From Gammaproteobacteria bacterium (GTDB lineage Bacteria > Pseudomonadota > Gammaproteobacteria > UBA6429 > Thiohalophilaceae): DNA of 40,957 bases. The notes below the pieces were generated by a model that was given only the letters and a program-made list of their open reading frames with translations, was not told the origin of the DNA and did no database searches. Numbering within the stretch: position 1 is the stretch's first letter; each line of letters starts with the position of its first letter. The stretch is from the NCBI GenBank assembly GCA_003233255.1, contig QILH01000296.1, forward strand, positions 1 to 40,957, in the 5' to 3' direction. The translations under genes and the position numbers were made by a program. Below, piece by piece: positions 37,878 to 40,957 of the stretch.

Positions 37878-38791
37878 CAAAACAAAAAAAGAATATTATC
37901 GGTCATGACCCATTAGCCTGGATTTCTATTGATGACGAAGATGAAGTTTCTGAAGGAAAAAAATCATTAGGAGCTAATTCGAAGCAACAAACTGCGTCAA
38001 ACTCTGAAGCGCATCCATTTGGCATTGATGTTGGTGCCTTTTTACTTGGGTATGGGCTTATTCAGGATAATTTAACTGATATTGTATCTGATTTTTATAA
38101 GACATTATTTTTAACCCATTCAGAAGTTAAGCTCCTGTTTGAGAATTCAGATACGGAAGAACAACAACAAAAGCTGGCTAGAGCAATTTCATTGTTGGCT
38201 GATAACATCAATGATGTTGATAAATTGCTTACAGTTTTATCTGGTTTAGGAGAACGCCATCAACAATACGGTGCAGTTACCGAGCACTTTAATGCGGTAA
38301 ACGTTACCTTATTGTCGACCATAAAGACACATATCGGCCGAAAATGGACGAAGAAAATCTCTGCGAGCTGGGAAGTTGTTTTAGACAGAGCGGCAGAAGC
38401 TATGTTATCCGCCTATACAGATGAGTCAGAATTATCTCCAAGCGATGCAGAACCTGAGTCAACTGAGCCAGTAGAAGTAATTAATGACCAAAATAATGAT
38501 ACGGAACAGGCCAGTAATGAGGAGGGAGTGCTGTACCTGGCCGCATCACAGGATATTTCAACCGTCGAGGAATTGCTGGATAGAATAAAATCTGGCATTG
38601 ATGTTGGTCTGGTTAATATTAATATATCAAATGTTACGCGCATTGATGCGTCTTGTTTGCAGATATTATATTTACTTTTTCGCGATGCGGATATATATGG
38701 ATACGAAACAAAAATTAAAGGCTCATCGGAAGCGTTTGATCGATCTGTGCATTTGTTGGGTATGAGTAATGTATTAAAAGTGGCCGTATAA
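37874..38791 (+). CDS. Fusion protein: Lys-rich N-terminal peptide, VHb-like globin domain, acidic linker, STAS domain
   Basis: Residues about 60-180 align by eye with Vitreoscilla-type haemoglobin: DFYKTLFLTHSEVKLLF against TFYKNLFAKHPEVRPLF; EQQQKLA against EQPKALA; LGERH (F8 His, codon 38258-38260); W..V.....A. The C-terminal 90 aa are SpoIIAA/STAS-like (VNINISNVTRIDASCLQILY...IKGSSEAFDRSVHLLGM). Confidence 0.7.
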   Translation: MTKQKKNIIGHDPLAWISIDDEDEVSEGKKSLGANSKQQTASNSEAHPFGIDVGAFLLGYGLIQDNLTDIVSDFYKTLFLTHSEVKLLFENSDTEEQQQKLARAISLLADNINDVDKLLTVLSGLGERHQQYGAVTEHFNAVNVTLLSTIKTHIGRKWTKKISASWEVVLDRAAEAMLSAYTDESELSPSDAEPESTEPVEVINDQNNDTEQASNEEGVLYLAASQDISTVEELLDRIKSGIDVGLVNINISNVTRIDASCLQILYLLFRDADIYGYETKIKGSSEAFDRSVHLLGMSNVLKVAV

Positions 38792-39658
38792 ATGAAAGCA
38801 TTATCGACAAAAACAGAAGAAGCATTTAAAAAAAATCGTGAATTTGAGTTTAATGAGAGAGATTTTAAATTCATTGTTAATTTGGTAGGTGAGCGTACGG
38901 GCATTGTATTATCTGAGACCAAACGCGAAATGGTTTACAGCCGATTAACACGACGTATACGCGAACTTGGAATAAAGGACTTTACTACATATTGCAACAT
39001 GTTGCGTGACGGGGATCCTAATGAATTAATTAACTTTACAAATGCCTTGACCACAAATTTGACGTCTTTTTTTCGCGAACCTCATCACTTTGAATATCTG
39101 GCAAATACGGTTCTACCTGCTCTGGCGTCGACTAAAAAACAGCGACAGTTACGAATCTGGTCGGCAGGATGCTCTTCCGGAGAAGAGCCTTATACCATCG
39201 CCATGACGGTGCGCGAAGTTTTTCCAGAAAATTCTGGTTGGGATATAAAGATCATGGCCACGGATCTTGACTCAAATATGGTCGACAGGGCGCAGGCAGG
39301 AATCTACGTAGATGAAAGGGTAACCGGAATAGATAAACGGCGCCTAAAACGTTGGTTTGTTAAAGGCAAGGGGCAGAATTCAGGAAAAGTTAAAATAAAA
39401 CCAGAACTCCAGCAACTCATCACGTTTAAACAGTTAAATCTACTCCATGATTGGCCCATGCGAGAAGCCTTTGACGTTATTTTTTGTCGTAATGTTGTTA
39501 TCTATTTTAATAAAGATACACAGAGGGTTTTATTTTCCCGTTACTCAGATGTTATTGCTGACCATGGCCATTTGTTTATTGGCCATTCTGAGTCACTGAA
39601 CAAAGTAAGTGATGACTTTAATTTAATCGGCAAGACAATATATCAGAAGATCAGCTGA
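38792..39658 (+). CDS. cheR: Chemotaxis methyltransferase CheR (operon copy, CheR2-like)
   Basis: 288 aa. TTNLTSFFREPHHF, RIWSAGCSSGEEPYTI, VIFCRNVVIYF. The ATG directly follows the upstream stop (TAAATG). Confidence 0.9.
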   Translation: MKALSTKTEEAFKKNREFEFNERDFKFIVNLVGERTGIVLSETKREMVYSRLTRRIRELGIKDFTTYCNMLRDGDPNELINFTNALTTNLTSFFREPHHFEYLANTVLPALASTKKQRQLRIWSAGCSSGEEPYTIAMTVREVFPENSGWDIKIMATDLDSNMVDRAQAGIYVDERVTGIDKRRLKRWFVKGKGQNSGKVKIKPELQQLITFKQLNLLHDWPMREAFDVIFCRNVVIYFNKDTQRVLFSRYSDVIADHGHLFIGHSESLNKVSDDFNLIGKTIYQKIS

Positions 39659-40320
39659 TGGTTGCAGTAAACAGAGAAATAGATGAACGAAATCATCCTA
39701 AACCGATCTGTATAAGTGGTTTTGAGAATATCAACCGTTACTGGGACAGGCGCAATAATATTCACGCTGCAAAAATACTCCCAGGGGAATTTTATGTTAC
39801 AAAATTTAATGAGGCGGTTGTTACCGTATTGGGATCCTGTGTTTCTGCCTGCATTCGCGATCGAGTAAAACATATTGGCGGTATGAATCATTTTATGTTA
39901 CCGGCAGGTAACGAAGATAATCTTGAAGAGTTAAACAAAGCAGGAAATGCAGCACGCTATGGGAATTTCGCGATGGAACAACTAATTAATACTATATTAA
40001 GCAACGGAGGAAACCGTGAGCACCTTGAAGTCAAGTTATTTGGTGGCGGTAAGGTTCTAGGAGGTATGGATCAAATTCTTATCGGGGATAAAAATATTGC
40101 GTTCATACGCGGTTATGTGATTCTGGAAGGTTTGAGTGTGGTGGCACAGGATCTTGGTGACGTCTATCCAAGGAAGGTCATGTATTTTCCTAACACAGGG
40201 AAGGTCTGGCTTAAAAAACTTCACAAAGTGGATAATAAAACGATTGCCAGTCGTGAAAAACGTTACAAAGTCGAAATTCAGCAACAACCTGTTGAAAGTG
40301 ATATTGAGTTATTTGATTAA
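39658..40320 (+). CDS. cheD: Chemoreceptor glutamine deamidase CheD
   Basis: 220 aa. [14 protein letters not shown] (catalytic Cys region), [16 protein letters not shown]. The start overlaps the cheR stop (TGATG). Confidence 0.9.
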   Translation: MVAVNREIDERNHPKPICISGFENINRYWDRRNNIHAAKILPGEFYVTKFNEAVVTVLGSCVSACIRDRVKHIGGMNHFMLPAGNEDNLEELNKAGNAARYGNFAMEQLINTILSNGGNREHLEVKLFGGGKVLGGMDQILIGDKNIAFIRGYVILEGLSVVAQDLGDVYPRKVMYFPNTGKVWLKKLHKVDNKTIASREKRYKVEIQQQPVESDIELFD

Positions 40321-40325
40321 TCACC

Positions 40326-40957
40326 ATGGCTAAAATAAAAGTTGTAATTGTAGATGACTCAGCTCTGGTTAGACAGATATTAACCGAGATACTAAATTCG
40401 GATCCCGCTATTGAAGTGGTTGGTCATGCGCAGGATCCTATTATTGCACGAGACAAAATAAAATTACTCAATCCAGATGTGATTACCCTCGATGTTGAAA
40501 TGCCAAAGATGGATGGGGTGACTTTCCTGCGTAATCTAATGCGGCTGCGTCCAATGCCGGTTGTGATGATTTCATCGCTTACTGAGAAAGGGGCCGATAT
40601 AACCTTGCAGGCTATGGAAATCGGTGCGGTTGATTTTATTGCCAAACCCAGGATCGATGTTCAGGAAGGACTTGATGAGTATAAAGATGAGATCATTGCG
40701 AAAGTAAAAATGGCCGCTAAGGCAAAAGTCCGAGCCTACAATGATACTCCAATGAGAAAGATGAATATCGATCCTAAACTTAATGCTGATGCGGTGTTAA
40801 GTAGACGATCAAATAAACATTTTAAAACAACCGATAAGCTGATCGCGATAGGGGCATCTACCGGAGGCACGGAGGCGATTCGTGATGTACTTGTGTCGAT
40901 GCCACCGGATGCACCTGGCATCGTAATCAGCCAGCATATCCCGGAGGCCTTCAGTGC
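40326..40957 (+). CDS. cheB: Chemotaxis methylesterase/deamidase CheB, N-terminal about 210 aa (runs off the window end)
   Basis: Not in the ORF track because there is no stop in the window. [17 protein letters not shown]...[12 protein letters not shown]...FIAKP is the REC domain. It continues with ..[32 protein letters not shown], the esterase domain with its active-site Ser motif. Confidence 0.9.
   Translation, partial: MAKIKVVIVDDSALVRQILTEILNSDPAIEVVGHAQDPIIARDKIKLLNPDVITLDVEMPKMDGVTFLRNLMRLRPMPVVMISSLTEKGADITLQAMEIGAVDFIAKPRIDVQEGLDEYKDEIIAKVKMAAKAKVRAYNDTPMRKMNIDPKLNADAVLSRRSNKHFKTTDKLIAIGASTGGTEAIRDVLVSMPPDAPGIVISQHIPEAFS

Noticed and set aside
1-40957. Search for CRISPR arrays, tRNA/rRNA genes, IS elements, integrases, toxin-antitoxin or defence genes.
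   Set aside because: None were seen. Every substantial ORF is accounted for by flagellar or chemotaxis functions, and no direct-repeat/spacer periodicity or terminal inverted repeats were noticed.

Overview
The window is almost entirely a polar-flagellum regulon of the Pseudomonas/Vibrio type, from a gammaproteobacterium-like genome, followed by a chemosensory operon.

Gene order:
- Minus strand: flgN (partial), flgM, flgA.
- Plus strand: cheV-cheR, flgBCDEFGHI, flgJKL, fliC, flaG, fliD, fliS, a fliT-like gene, a small unknown gene, fleQ, fleS-fleR, fliEFGHIJ, fliK.
- fliK is followed not by the usual fliL..fliR/flhBAFG/fliA block but by cheY-cheA-cheW-(Aer2-like MCP)-[ParA-like ATPase]-[globin-STAS fusion]-cheR-cheD-cheB (cut at the window end).

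Promoters: I could read six sigma54-type (GG-N10-GC) and three sigma28-type promoters in the intergenic regions. Together they reproduce a four-tier flagellar hierarchy.

Main points of interest:
1. A translationally coupled pair, an orphan ParA/MinD-family ATPase plus a VHb-like haem-globin fused to a STAS domain, sits between the receptor and cheR. The rest of the operon has the canonical Che2/F7 gene order.
2. The receptor carries three exact-period (131 aa / 393 nt) tandem Aer2-type PAS modules. Each keeps the His and Trp positions of the Aer2 haem pocket. The receptor ends in an EWEEF tethering pentapeptide.
3. A PilZ-like unknown gene lies next to a FleQ that keeps its c-di-GMP motifs.

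No rRNA, tRNA, CRISPR or mobile elements were seen.
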